A stretch of 64,000 bases of DNA, taken from NCBI GenBank assembly GCA_965224845.1, contig CBDDAJ010000036.1, positions 32,724-96,723 of the forward strand. The letters run 5' to 3'. The translations under genes were made by a program, and so were the position numbers. Within the stretch, counting starts at the first letter, position 1. Every line of letters starts with the position of its first letter. This DNA is from Wocania sp. (GTDB taxonomy: Bacteria; Bacteroidota; Bacteroidia; Flavobacteriales; Flavobacteriaceae). Below the pieces are notes generated by a model. That model searched no databases, was not told the DNA's origin, and was given only the letters and a program-made list of their open reading frames with translations. Below are positions 21,824-31,283 of the stretch, in pieces.

Positions 21824-21826
21824 AGT

Positions 21827-22330
21827 TTATATGGTTAATTTGTCTTCTTCTTCCAATTGGCTTCCTTTTAAAAACACTTCGCTTAAAAACATAAAAAATA
21901 AGCCCATAATTAAAAATAAGACCACAGAAGCATCCATACCCAATTGAAAATTATTTTTTAAGGTTAGATTTAAAACTATTTTAGCAACAACCTCGCCCAG
22001 CCCGCAAATTAAAAAAAGGATGCCTATTGTTTTAAAATTACTAATTACCAATTTTGAAAAATAATGCCCTTCAGACAACTCATACACACTATGCCTAAGC
22101 AATTTAATGGCCTTAAAATAGAGCCCCCAAAGCAAGGCCACCAAAATTAAAATTATTGCCATATTTAAACTACTTAAATTATTTAAGTCTACCTCTTCCC
22201 CTAAAAACTTAATCACATATTTCTTTTTGAGTATCAGTAATGGTATCGTTAGTATTCCTATTATTAAAACTAATATTAATAAATAATAGTAGATATTAAT
22301 TAACCGCTTTAAAATATTAATTGCTTTCAT
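21827..22330 (-). CDS. DUF2975-like 4-TM membrane protein (commonly paired with a downstream XRE HTH gene)
   Basis: 167 aa, four hydrophobic helices. Immediately upstream of the XRE gene with a 3-nt spacing. Confidence 0.55.
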   Translation of the reverse strand: MKAINILKRLINIYYYLLILVLIIGILTIPLLILKKKYVIKFLGEEVDLNNLSSLNMAIILILVALLWGLYFKAIKLLRHSVYELSEGHYFSKLVISNFKTIGILFLICGLGEVVAKIVLNLTLKNNFQLGMDASVVLFLIMGLFFMFLSEVFLKGSQLEEEDKLTI

Positions 22331-22441
22331 ATAAAATTATTGTTTAACGATAACAAATATAGATTAAAATTATTGAAAAACAATAATTTTTTATTTAAAA
22401 AAGATAATATTTTAATCATGCTGTGTTTTTTGAAGAACTAA

Positions 22442-23014
22442 TTGCTCTTTGTATATTTGATTTACATGAACAAAAACATTATAGTTTCTGAAAGTAGAAG
22501 ACCCTATTGGCAAATACCTTTAGCCACTCTTTTTTTTACTGCCGGAATTGGCACTTTATTATACTCCATATATAGAATGCATTGGAATGATGCTAGTTTG
22601 AAGCTATTGGGGCATAATATAGAGTCTGTTATATACTTATTTGCTATTGGAATAGGTTTATGCTATCAAAAAAGTGTTTATATAGATATAGAAAAATCAA
22701 GATTCAGATCAACTTTTGAAATAGGTCCAATTAAGTTAGGCCAATGGAAAACTATATTTAACTATGAATATGTTTCCCTATTTCATCAACCACTAGATGA
22801 TGGCAATAAAATATTTGAAGTTAATTTATGGTATGATAGAAATAAACATTGGGAACTCTATGAAAAATACAATTTTGAAGATGCCTTTAAAATAGCTTTC
22901 GAATTATCAGAACTATTAAGTATTGATTTGCTGGATGCGACCGTACCAAACGATTTTAAATGGATTGATAAAACGGCTTCAAAAGAAACCGGCAAAATTG
23001 TATACTCCAATTAA
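22442..23014 (+). CDS. Hypothetical 2-TM membrane protein, paralog of 32751..33233, immediately upstream of bioF
   Basis: Shared motifs G.WK....EYVS.F, NL(W/F)Y.RN, DAF..A.....L.I..LDAT with the second copy. Confidence 0.5.
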   Translation: MLFVYLIYMNKNIIVSESRRPYWQIPLATLFFTAGIGTLLYSIYRMHWNDASLKLLGHNIESVIYLFAIGIGLCYQKSVYIDIEKSRFRSTFEIGPIKLGQWKTIFNYEYVSLFHQPLDDGNKIFEVNLWYDRNKHWELYEKYNFEDAFKIAFELSELLSIDLLDATVPNDFKWIDKTASKETGKIVYSN

Positions 23015-23031
23015 CTTGCTACATTTGTTTT

Positions 23032-24201
23032 ATGGATCAATTTCCCAAAAAGCTAAAAGAAAAACTTGATACTCGAAAAGCAGCTAATGCGTTACGGCAA
23101 CTTAATGATCAACAAAATTTAGTAGATTTTTCGTCAAACGATTATTTAGGGTTTTCAAAGTCTCAAATAATTTTTGATAATGCACATCAATTTTTAATTA
23201 ACCATAATATAAAACAAAATGGTGCAACGGGCTCGCGTTTGCTTTCGGGAAATCATGCACTTTATAACATCGTAGAGAATATTATATCTGAGTTTCATAA
23301 CAGCGAAGCAGCTATAGTATTTAATTCGGGGTACGATGCAAATGTTGGTTTTTTTAGCTGTATACCTCAGCGTAATGATATTATTTTTTACGACGAATAC
23401 ATACATGCTTCCATACGTGATGGAATTAAACTTTCAAATGCTAAGGCTTATAAGTTTAAACATAACCATTTAGAAGCTTTAGATGAAATGTTGAAACGCG
23501 TTCAACATAAGGGTAATATATATATTGTTACAGAATCTGTATTTTCAATGGATGGAGATATTCCAGATTTAGCTACTATGTGTAACATAAGTAAAAAACA
23601 CAAGGCCTATTTAGTTGTTGATGAAGCACATGCCATTGGTGTTTTTGGGGAGCGCGGCGTTGGTTTAGTTCAAAAACTAAACTTAGAAAAAGACCTTTTT
23701 GCACGCTTAGTTACTTACGGAAAAGCTATGGGTGCCCATGGTGCCGCCATTCTTGGCAGCCAAACGCTAAAGCAATACCTTATTAATTTTTCTCGTAGCT
23801 TTATTTATACTACGGCATTACCTCCACACAGTTTAGCAACAATTCAAGCGGTATATAACGAACTTGTTATTTCTAATCCAAACAAAACATCGCATCCTAA
23901 TATTTATAAGCTGCATCAAAACATTCAATGTTTTAAGACAGAAATTGTAAAGCAAAATCTTCAAAACCACTTTATTAAAAGTAATTCTGCTATACAATGT
24001 TGTATCCTTTCAGGAAACCAAAAAGTAAAACAGATTGCAAAAAAGCTTCAGGAGCATCATTTTAATATAAAGCCCATTTTATCGCCTACCGTTACAAAAG
24101 GAGAAGAACGTTTGCGTTTTTGTTTACATAGCTATAATTCAGAAAAAGAAATTGTAGAAGTTTTACAGCTGTTAACTACTTTTGTAACAAAGTTATACTA
24201 A
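23032..24201 (+). CDS. bioF: 8-amino-7-oxononanoate synthase
   Basis: Class-II aminotransferase-like PLP enzyme. Context with bioD and bioA. Confidence 0.8.
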   Translation: MDQFPKKLKEKLDTRKAANALRQLNDQQNLVDFSSNDYLGFSKSQIIFDNAHQFLINHNIKQNGATGSRLLSGNHALYNIVENIISEFHNSEAAIVFNSGYDANVGFFSCIPQRNDIIFYDEYIHASIRDGIKLSNAKAYKFKHNHLEALDEMLKRVQHKGNIYIVTESVFSMDGDIPDLATMCNISKKHKAYLVVDEAHAIGVFGERGVGLVQKLNLEKDLFARLVTYGKAMGAHGAAILGSQTLKQYLINFSRSFIYTTALPPHSLATIQAVYNELVISNPNKTSHPNIYKLHQNIQCFKTEIVKQNLQNHFIKSNSAIQCCILSGNQKVKQIAKKLQEHHFNIKPILSPTVTKGEERLRFCLHSYNSEKEIVEVLQLLTTFVTKLY

Positions 24202-24238
24202 ACGCGTTTGGGTATCTCATTAAATTTACAATTTTATC

Positions 24239-24616
24239 ATGATAGATCATTATACCATATTAGCAACGTTTCCTTACTCAACAGAAGCTCAGGTAACAAA
24301 AGCTAAACTAGAAGCAGAAGGCCTTCGCGTTATGTTATTGGATGAAAAAACTGTAGATTCCGATCCATTAATTAGTCAAGCTATTGGCGGTGTAAAACTA
24401 TTAGTTCATAATGATAATGTAAAAGAAGCTATAAAAATTTATAACCAGATAAGGTATTATGAAAAAGACAAGAATGGAAAAGAAGTGGTTTGTATAAATT
24501 GTGGTTCGACAAAAATATTGATTGCAGAACCGTCCAGAAAAAATATTTTTTATATGCTCTTCCCTTTTTTTGAAAAAACAAAATACCGCTGTAACGTTTG
24601 TAATACCACTTTTTAA
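24239..24616 (+). CDS. Small DUF2007-like (PII-fold) protein with C-terminal zinc-ribbon (CINCGS...CNVC)
   Basis: 125 aa. Embedded between bioF and bioD; stop overlaps the bioD start. Confidence 0.4.
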   Translation: MIDHYTILATFPYSTEAQVTKAKLEAEGLRVMLLDEKTVDSDPLISQAIGGVKLLVHNDNVKEAIKIYNQIRYYEKDKNGKEVVCINCGSTKILIAEPSRKNIFYMLFPFFEKTKYRCNVCNTTF

Positions 24617-25224
24617 TGAAAACATATTTTATAACAGGAATTTCAACCGAAGTTGGTAAAACAATAGCATCAGCTATAGTAACAGAAGCATTAGAGGCCG
24701 ACTATTGGAAACCCGTACAAGCTGGAGAGCTAGATAATTGTGATACGATAAAAGTAAAAAAGCTGATATCGAACTCTAAATCAAAGTTTCACCCAAACAC
24801 TTATGCTTTGCATACACCTATGAGTCCGCATGCAGCAGCCGAAATTGATAAGGTATCTATAGGTATTAAAAAAATTATACCTCCAAAAACAAGCAACCAT
24901 TTAGTTATAGAAGGCGCTGGCGGATTATTAGTGCCTTTAAACAATACAAACACTATTTTCGATTTAATTAAACCAGATTATAAGGTTATTGTTGTATCCA
25001 GACATTATTTAGGAAGTATTAACCATACCCTTTTAACAGTAAACGCATTAAAAGCGAAAGGCTTTAATGTCTCAATTATTTTTAGTGGAACCGAGCACAA
25101 ATCAACCGAAAGTATTATCAAAAAAATGACTCAAGTTCCCGTTATAGGGAGAATTGACGAAGAGCCTTATTTTGATAAAAATGTAATCAAAGAATATGCA
25201 GAATTGTTTAAAGAAAATTTATGA
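24616..25224 (+). CDS. bioD: Dethiobiotin synthetase
   Basis: P-loop ITGISTEVGKT. CobQ/CobB/MinD/ParA-type fold. About 200 aa. Confidence 0.85.
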   Translation: MKTYFITGISTEVGKTIASAIVTEALEADYWKPVQAGELDNCDTIKVKKLISNSKSKFHPNTYALHTPMSPHAAAEIDKVSIGIKKIIPPKTSNHLVIEGAGGLLVPLNNTNTIFDLIKPDYKVIVVSRHYLGSINHTLLTVNALKAKGFNVSIIFSGTEHKSTESIIKKMTQVPVIGRIDEEPYFDKNVIKEYAELFKENL

Positions 25225-26486
25225 CCCTACAAGAACGCGATAAAAAACACCTTTGGCATCCGTTAAAGCAACACCAAACCCAACCCAACAGTTTAGCCAT
25301 AACTAAAGCAAAAGGATGTATTCTAACCGATGAAAATGGCAACGAATATATTGATGCTATTGCCTCCTGGTACACCTGCATGTATGGACATTGCAATGCT
25401 TATATCACGAGTCGAGTTTATAAGCAAATGCAGCAATTGGATCAGGTTATGTTTAGTGATTTTACACACGAACCAGCAATAAGGTTATCGGAAGAACTCA
25501 TAAAAATACTTCCTGAAAATCAAAATAAAATTTATTTTAACGATAATGGCTCTACGGCTGTTGAAGCTGGCATTAAAATGGCGCTTCAGTATTACTATAA
25601 CAAAGGCGAAAAACGCTCAACTTTTATTGCCTTTGAAAACGGATTCCATGGCGATACCTTTGGTGCCATGAGTGTATCAGGATTATCAGTATACAATGGC
25701 CCTTTCGAAGATTTTTTAATAGATGTTAAACGTATACAAACCCCAAATGGGTTAAATACTGATGCTATTATAAATCAGCTAAAAGACTTTGCTTTAAACC
25801 ATGATATTGCCGGCTTTATATACGAACCTTTAATACAAGGTGCTGCCGGTATGAAAACCCATGATGCAAATGGGTTAAACAATATTTTAAAATTTTGTAA
25901 AGACAATAATATACTTACCATTGCTGATGAAGTTATGACTGGTTTTGGAAAAACAGGCCGTTATTTTGCTTCAGATTATCTTGATACTAAACCCGATATA
26001 ATCTGCCTGAGTAAAGCCTTAACTGCAGGATTGCTTCCTATGGCAATTACCTCTTGTTCCCAGGATATTTACAATGCATTTTTAAGTAACGATATAGCCA
26101 AAGGGTTTTTCCATTGCCACACTTATTCTGCAAACCCCGTAGCCTGTGCTGCCGCTATTGCTGGTATTGAGCTTTTAACATCTCAAGACATTCAAGATAG
26201 CATCAAAAATATAATGCGCGCCCATAGTACATTCCAAAAACGCATTCAAAATCATCCAAAAATAAAATCTACAAGACATTTAGGTGTTATTTTTGCGCTG
26301 GACCTCAATACAAAAATGGAACGTTATGGCGATTTGCGCGATAAACTTTTAAAATTCTTTATGGATAGAGGGGTTTTCCTAAGGCCACTTGGTAATACTA
26401 TTTATATACAGGTTCCTTATGTAATTTCAGATATTGAATTACAGAAAGTTTATCAAAGCCTTGAAGACGTATTAGAAATTATTTAG
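25221..26486 (+). CDS. bioA: Adenosylmethionine-8-amino-7-oxononanoate aminotransferase
   Basis: Class-III aminotransferase pattern (…ADEVMTGFGKTG…) with catalytic Lys. Start overlaps the bioD stop. Confidence 0.85.
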   Translation: MTLQERDKKHLWHPLKQHQTQPNSLAITKAKGCILTDENGNEYIDAIASWYTCMYGHCNAYITSRVYKQMQQLDQVMFSDFTHEPAIRLSEELIKILPENQNKIYFNDNGSTAVEAGIKMALQYYYNKGEKRSTFIAFENGFHGDTFGAMSVSGLSVYNGPFEDFLIDVKRIQTPNGLNTDAIINQLKDFALNHDIAGFIYEPLIQGAAGMKTHDANGLNNILKFCKDNNILTIADEVMTGFGKTGRYFASDYLDTKPDIICLSKALTAGLLPMAITSCSQDIYNAFLSNDIAKGFFHCHTYSANPVACAAAIAGIELLTSQDIQDSIKNIMRAHSTFQKRIQNHPKIKSTRHLGVIFALDLNTKMERYGDLRDKLLKFFMDRGVFLRPLGNTIYIQVPYVISDIELQKVYQSLEDVLEII

Positions 26487-26590
26487 GGCTTAGTACCCCT
26501 TTCGGCTTACTTCGACTTCGCTCAGCATTTGTGCTAAAGATTAGGGCTTATAATTTACCCTGAACGAAGTAGAAGCGCTATAGCTTTTTT
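26487..26590. repeat. GC-rich mosaic intergenic element E2 (cttcgacttcgctcagcat motif; long imperfect hairpin) directly after the bioA stop
   Basis: Shares 20/22 nt with E1 (cttcgac[g/t][a/t]cgctcagca). gcttacttcg / cgaagtagaagc arms form a stem. Confidence 0.55.
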
Positions 26591-26613
26591 AATTTTTTTG
26601 AAAATTAAAAAGG

Positions 26614-27837
26614 TTGCCTCTTCTATCCCTAACACATAAGTCTTACTTTTGTCAAAATAAAAAAATGTTGCAAAACCCTATTTCCATTACAGCACTTTCA
26701 TCCATTTCTCCATTGGGAAAATCCTTAAATGAAGCATGGAATAGCTATCAAAACAATCGACATCATATTTCAGAAAAAACATTTGAAAATGGCAAAGCTT
26801 TGGTAGCTCAAATTTCTGCAGAAGCAAAACAAGACATTAAAGCTTTAAGACTTTCTGACAATAAATACAAAACATTAGATCATACCGTTTTATATGCTAT
26901 TTACGCTTCTCGACAGGCAATAAAACATGCTAATTGGAAAGGGACTGATAATTTTGGAATAAATATTGGTTCTTCTCGTGGTGCTACTCAACTCTTTGAA
27001 AATTATCACAAAGATTTTCTAAAAAACAATAAAGCAAAAACTTTAAGTTCCCCAACCACGACATTAGGTAATATTTCCTCTTGGGTAGCACACGACTTGC
27101 AAACTCAGGGACCAGAAATAAGTCATTCAATAACCTGTTCAACAGCGCTACATGCTATGCTAAACGGGGTAGCCTGGATAAACTCTGGGATGTGCAGTAA
27201 GTTTTTAGTTGGTGGCAGCGAAGCTCCTTTAACATCATTTACTATAGCACAAATGCAGGCCTTAAAAATTTATGCTAATCAAAATAGCGCCTTTCCCTGT
27301 CGAGCATTAGATCTATCTAAAAAACAAAATAGTATGGTTTTAGGTGAAGGTGCATCAATGATTTGCTTAGAAGCAGGTAAAACAAGTAATGCCTTAGCCA
27401 CTATAAAAGGGGTTGGCTATGCTACAGAGGTTTTAGAACATAATATCTCCATTTCAGCAGATGCTAAATGCTTTCAAAAATCGATGCGAATGGCTCTAGG
27501 GAATCTAAATCCTGGCGACATAGATATTATAGTAATGCATGCCCCAGGAACCGTAAAAGGGGACCTTTCAGAACACAAAGCTATTGAAACCGTTTTTAAA
27601 AGCAATGTTCCTGCATTAACAAGCAACAAATGGAAAATAGGACACACCTTTGGAGCATCAGGAGCTTTAAATATTGAGCTGGCAGTTTTAATGTTACAAC
27701 ATCAGCAATTTATAGGGTTACCCTATATAAAAAATAAAAGCGCACCTAAAAAAATAAAAAACATCCTTGTAAATGCTGTTGGTTTTGGGGGCAATGCTGT
27801 AAGTATTTTGGTTTCAAAAAATTCTATCAATGAATAA
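26614..27837 (+). CDS. Beta-ketoacyl-ACP synthase I/II-like (Cys-His-His) enzyme inside the biotin cluster
   Basis: Active-site region ITCSTALHAM. His motifs VMHAPGT and KIGHTFGASG. 407 aa. Confidence 0.7.
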   Translation: MPLLSLTHKSYFCQNKKMLQNPISITALSSISPLGKSLNEAWNSYQNNRHHISEKTFENGKALVAQISAEAKQDIKALRLSDNKYKTLDHTVLYAIYASRQAIKHANWKGTDNFGINIGSSRGATQLFENYHKDFLKNNKAKTLSSPTTTLGNISSWVAHDLQTQGPEISHSITCSTALHAMLNGVAWINSGMCSKFLVGGSEAPLTSFTIAQMQALKIYANQNSAFPCRALDLSKKQNSMVLGEGASMICLEAGKTSNALATIKGVGYATEVLEHNISISADAKCFQKSMRMALGNLNPGDIDIIVMHAPGTVKGDLSEHKAIETVFKSNVPALTSNKWKIGHTFGASGALNIELAVLMLQHQQFIGLPYIKNKSAPKKIKNILVNAVGFGGNAVSILVSKNSINE

Positions 27838-28240
27838 AATTAACATAGTTACTCTCTTTTTTTCTATTCTGTTTTTGGGATTTTCATGTCAAAATCAAAA
27901 CAATAAGCAAGCTACTCCTTTGGCAAGCTTTAACGGGGTTTGGGAAGATGTTAATACTGATGACTTTAAGAATTGCTACGCTATATATTCTGAAGTTGGA
28001 GATAGTATACATATCGCCCACTATATCGAATTTAAAGGACAGCCTTTTTTTGAAACGGGCTCAGGAATAATTAAAGGCGATTCTATTATTTATCATGTAA
28101 ATGTTATAAAACCTATTCCGGCTTGGGGTCCAGACGGTGGTACACATTATTTAAAACTAAGTGAAGATAAAAATACACTAAAAGGAATTTTTATTACAGA
28201 TGGAGGTCATAAAGGCCCTTTGGTTTTTAAAAGAAAATAA
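27830..28240 (+). CDS. Hypothetical lipoprotein
   Basis: Lipobox LGFSC. 136 aa. No recognisable domain. Confidence 0.4.
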   Translation: MNKINIVTLFFSILFLGFSCQNQNNKQATPLASFNGVWEDVNTDDFKNCYAIYSEVGDSIHIAHYIEFKGQPFFETGSGIIKGDSIIYHVNVIKPIPAWGPDGGTHYLKLSEDKNTLKGIFITDGGHKGPLVFKRK

Positions 28241-28262
28241 AGGTTTTAATGTTAAAGTAATT

Positions 28263-29186
28263 TTAGCGTTCTAAGACGTTTTTTAAAATCGTTTCGCATA
28301 AATAATGTGTGTCCCAAATATCTTGAATGCGATTAGAATTAAAATCAGGCTCATTTAAAGCTTGTAACCAATCTTCAATTAAATCGACAAAGCCTCTTTT
28401 ATATAAGGTACTATCCCAATTATTAAAACCTATGGATTGTTTCGTTTCATTTTTAAAAAGAGCACCAGAAACCAATTCTTCAATTTGCCATTTATTACCC
28501 TTAGAATAGTATTCGATATGCTCTTCAGTAACACCACTAATCCTATTCATAGAACCACTTAACAGTGTTTTATTTTGTTGCCATTGTACATGAATACTTT
28601 CCAGCAAATCATTATTCGTTTTTGAAAAAACTTGAAGGTTTTTAATAACACCGTTTCCTAAAAAGCGAAGACTATCTATAACATGAATAAAATCATCAAA
28701 AATAAAAACCCGAGGTGTAGCAGGTAAATTTGTTCTATGCTTCTTCCAAAAAATATGAGTAGGATTTTGTTCCTTTTTTAGCGACGAAATCAAAGGAGCA
28801 AATCGCCTATTGAACCCTAAATATAAAAGTACCTTATGCTGTGTCGCTATATTTAGTAATGTTTCCGTTTCCTGTAAAGTATAGCAAAGAGGTTTATCAA
28901 CAAAAACAGGGATCCTAGCTTCCAGCAACTTTAAGGCCAATTGAAAATGACTTTCTGTAGAGCTATGTAACATAACGGCATCAGGCTTATTTGCAACTAA
29001 AGACTCTATATCTAAATAAGCTTCATCAATTCTGTACTGCGTAGCCAACTCTTTTAAAACCTTTTTATTCCTTGTACAAAGAATCGGTGTAACTAACGCA
29101 TGATTTGCAATTATTGGTAAATATGCTTTTTTAGCAATGTCGCCTAAACCAACAAGTGCTATCCTTTTTTTTTGTGAATTATCCAT
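28263..29186 (-). CDS. Gfo/Idh/MocA-family NAD(P)-dependent oxidoreductase
   Basis: Rossmann N-terminus IALVGLGDIAKKAYLP. Confidence 0.75.
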   Translation of the reverse strand: MDNSQKKRIALVGLGDIAKKAYLPIIANHALVTPILCTRNKKVLKELATQYRIDEAYLDIESLVANKPDAVMLHSSTESHFQLALKLLEARIPVFVDKPLCYTLQETETLLNIATQHKVLLYLGFNRRFAPLISSLKKEQNPTHIFWKKHRTNLPATPRVFIFDDFIHVIDSLRFLGNGVIKNLQVFSKTNNDLLESIHVQWQQNKTLLSGSMNRISGVTEEHIEYYSKGNKWQIEELVSGALFKNETKQSIGFNNWDSTLYKRGFVDLIEDWLQALNEPDFNSNRIQDIWDTHYLCETILKNVLER

Positions 29187-29239
29187 TGGTCTAATTTAAT
29201 CACTTTCTTATAAATGTAACTCCTATACTATGAAATTAA

Positions 29240-30370
29240 GTGTTATATTTATTGAAATCCATCACCATAATGAGGTTTCTTTTTTTAATAATCATTCTCT
29301 CCTTATTAAGTTGCAACCCTAATAGTGTTAATCCCATTGATAAGGTGCTCGCTTCGAGTAATACAAAAATTAAAACAGTAACAAATGCTATTGAAACCTA
29401 CGAGGTTCAAATTTTATTTACCGAAGTTAAAAGAACTAAAGACTCTGTTTATTTTAATGATTATAATTTTCAGGTCAATGACAGCAATTATTTTTATCCG
29501 GCTAGTACTGTAAAATTCCCTATTGCTCTATTAGCACTGGAGAAAATGAAAGCCAACAAATTAATTGATAGACATACCGTTTTTAATATTGAAGGCGATA
29601 GCACTAAAACCACATTTACTAACGAAATAAAAAACATATTTGCAGTAAGCGACAATGCTGCCTATAATAGGTTGTATGAGTATTTAGGAAAGGATTATAT
29701 TAATTCTAAACTTCAGGAAAAAGGTATAAATGCCAGGATATCTCATAGGTTATCTGTAGCCAATTCTGCAGAATTAAAAACAAAACCTCTTGTTTTTTAC
29801 CGTGAGAATCAAGTGATTTTTAAAACGGACTCAACAATAAGCCAACCCACAAAACCTTTAAACTTAAATAAAGTTAAAAAAGGCAAAGGTTATATGATTA
29901 AAGATAGCTTGGTTAGCACTGCTATGGATTTTTCATTAAAAAACTATATATCTATAACAGCGTTACATCAAATAATGAAACAATTTATGTTTCCTGAATT
30001 ATATGATTATAGTAAGCAATTTCATTTAACAAAAGACGACAGAGCTTTTTTAATAAATGCCATGAAAATGTTGCCTCATGAAGCAGGCTATATCACTGAT
30101 GAATATTATGAAAGTTATGTAAAGTTTTTAATTTTTGGCGATTCAAGAAAGCCCATTCCAAAGCATATAAACATATATAATAAAGTAGGGAATGCATATG
30201 GTTACTTAACAGATTGCGCATACATTGTAAATAAAAAAACGAAGAGAGAATATATAATAACCGCTACAATACACCTTAATAAAAATCAAATCTTTAACGA
30301 TAATGTTTACGAATATGAAACTGTTGGTTTTCCTTTTTTAGCTGAATTAGGCAGGCAGTTAATTGAGTAA
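29240..30370 (+). CDS. Secreted serine hydrolase of the class-A beta-lactamase-like family
   Basis: Signal/lipobox. S-x-x-K motif STVK. SDN-like motif (VSDN). Confidence 0.55.
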   Translation: MLYLLKSITIMRFLFLIIILSLLSCNPNSVNPIDKVLASSNTKIKTVTNAIETYEVQILFTEVKRTKDSVYFNDYNFQVNDSNYFYPASTVKFPIALLALEKMKANKLIDRHTVFNIEGDSTKTTFTNEIKNIFAVSDNAAYNRLYEYLGKDYINSKLQEKGINARISHRLSVANSAELKTKPLVFYRENQVIFKTDSTISQPTKPLNLNKVKKGKGYMIKDSLVSTAMDFSLKNYISITALHQIMKQFMFPELYDYSKQFHLTKDDRAFLINAMKMLPHEAGYITDEYYESYVKFLIFGDSRKPIPKHINIYNKVGNAYGYLTDCAYIVNKKTKREYIITATIHLNKNQIFNDNVYEYETVGFPFLAELGRQLIE

Positions 30371-30704
30371 ACACTTATAATAACCCCTGCAATACTTATC
30401 TAATTCAAACCCTCAGAATAAAAAAGTATTTCCTTAAAGCAAAAAATATTTTGTAACAAAAAATAAATTCCATCTACTTATTAAGTAGAGAACAGATCAT
30501 GCCTTTAGAGTATTCACTGCTTTATCTTTTTAATCTCTTGTTGTTTACAGAATTAAAGTCAATAAAAAAGCTTAATACATGTGGACTAAAGTTAATGGCT
30601 TTAGTAAAAAAACACTGTATATTTTACTTTTAAAATAATACTGTTAGAAGCTGTTTTCTTGTCAGAAAAGTTTATATTTATTCAACTAAAAAATCAATTT
30701 TATT

Positions 30705-31280
30705 ATGGTAGAATGGTATTCAAATTTAGAGCTCTTTCCTAAAATATATTGGAGCATTGCTTTACTGGGATCTTTAGTTTTTCTTATCACAATGGTTTTA
30801 TCATTTGTAGGAGGAGATACGGATGATATAGGTGATGTAGATAGTGATATTGAAGGAGATACTGGTATTGGTTTTCAATTTATAACCTTTAAAAACTTAG
30901 TAGGCTTTTTTACCTTATTTGGATGGAGTGGTATTGCCTGTATAGATGCCGGATTTTCAAAACCATTAACTATAATAATATCTATAGTTTGCGGATTGAT
31001 TATGATGGGGATTATGGGGGCTATGTTTTATTATATGAATAAGCTTAACCACAGTGGGACTTTAAATTTTAAAAATGCTGTAAATGCTGTAGGTGAAGTC
31101 TATTTAACTGTAGGAGCCAATAGGTCGTCAATAGGAAAAGCTCACGTAAGAATTCAAGGAGCTTTAAGAGAGCTTGAAGCCTTAACAGATGCTGATACCG
31201 ATTTAGAATCTGGCTCTGTAATACAAGTAAAAGAAGTAACAGAAAACGGAATATTAATTATTGAAAAACTAAACAAATAG
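30705..31280 (+). CDS. NfeD-like (YuaF/YqiJ-type) membrane protein, partner of flotillin
   Basis: N-terminal TM helices plus C-terminal OB-like domain. 3-nt gap to the flotillin gene. Confidence 0.55.
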   Translation: MVEWYSNLELFPKIYWSIALLGSLVFLITMVLSFVGGDTDDIGDVDSDIEGDTGIGFQFITFKNLVGFFTLFGWSGIACIDAGFSKPLTIIISIVCGLIMMGIMGAMFYYMNKLNHSGTLNFKNAVNAVGEVYLTVGANRSSIGKAHVRIQGALRELEALTDADTDLESGSVIQVKEVTENGILIIEKLNK

Positions 31281-31283
31281 CCC

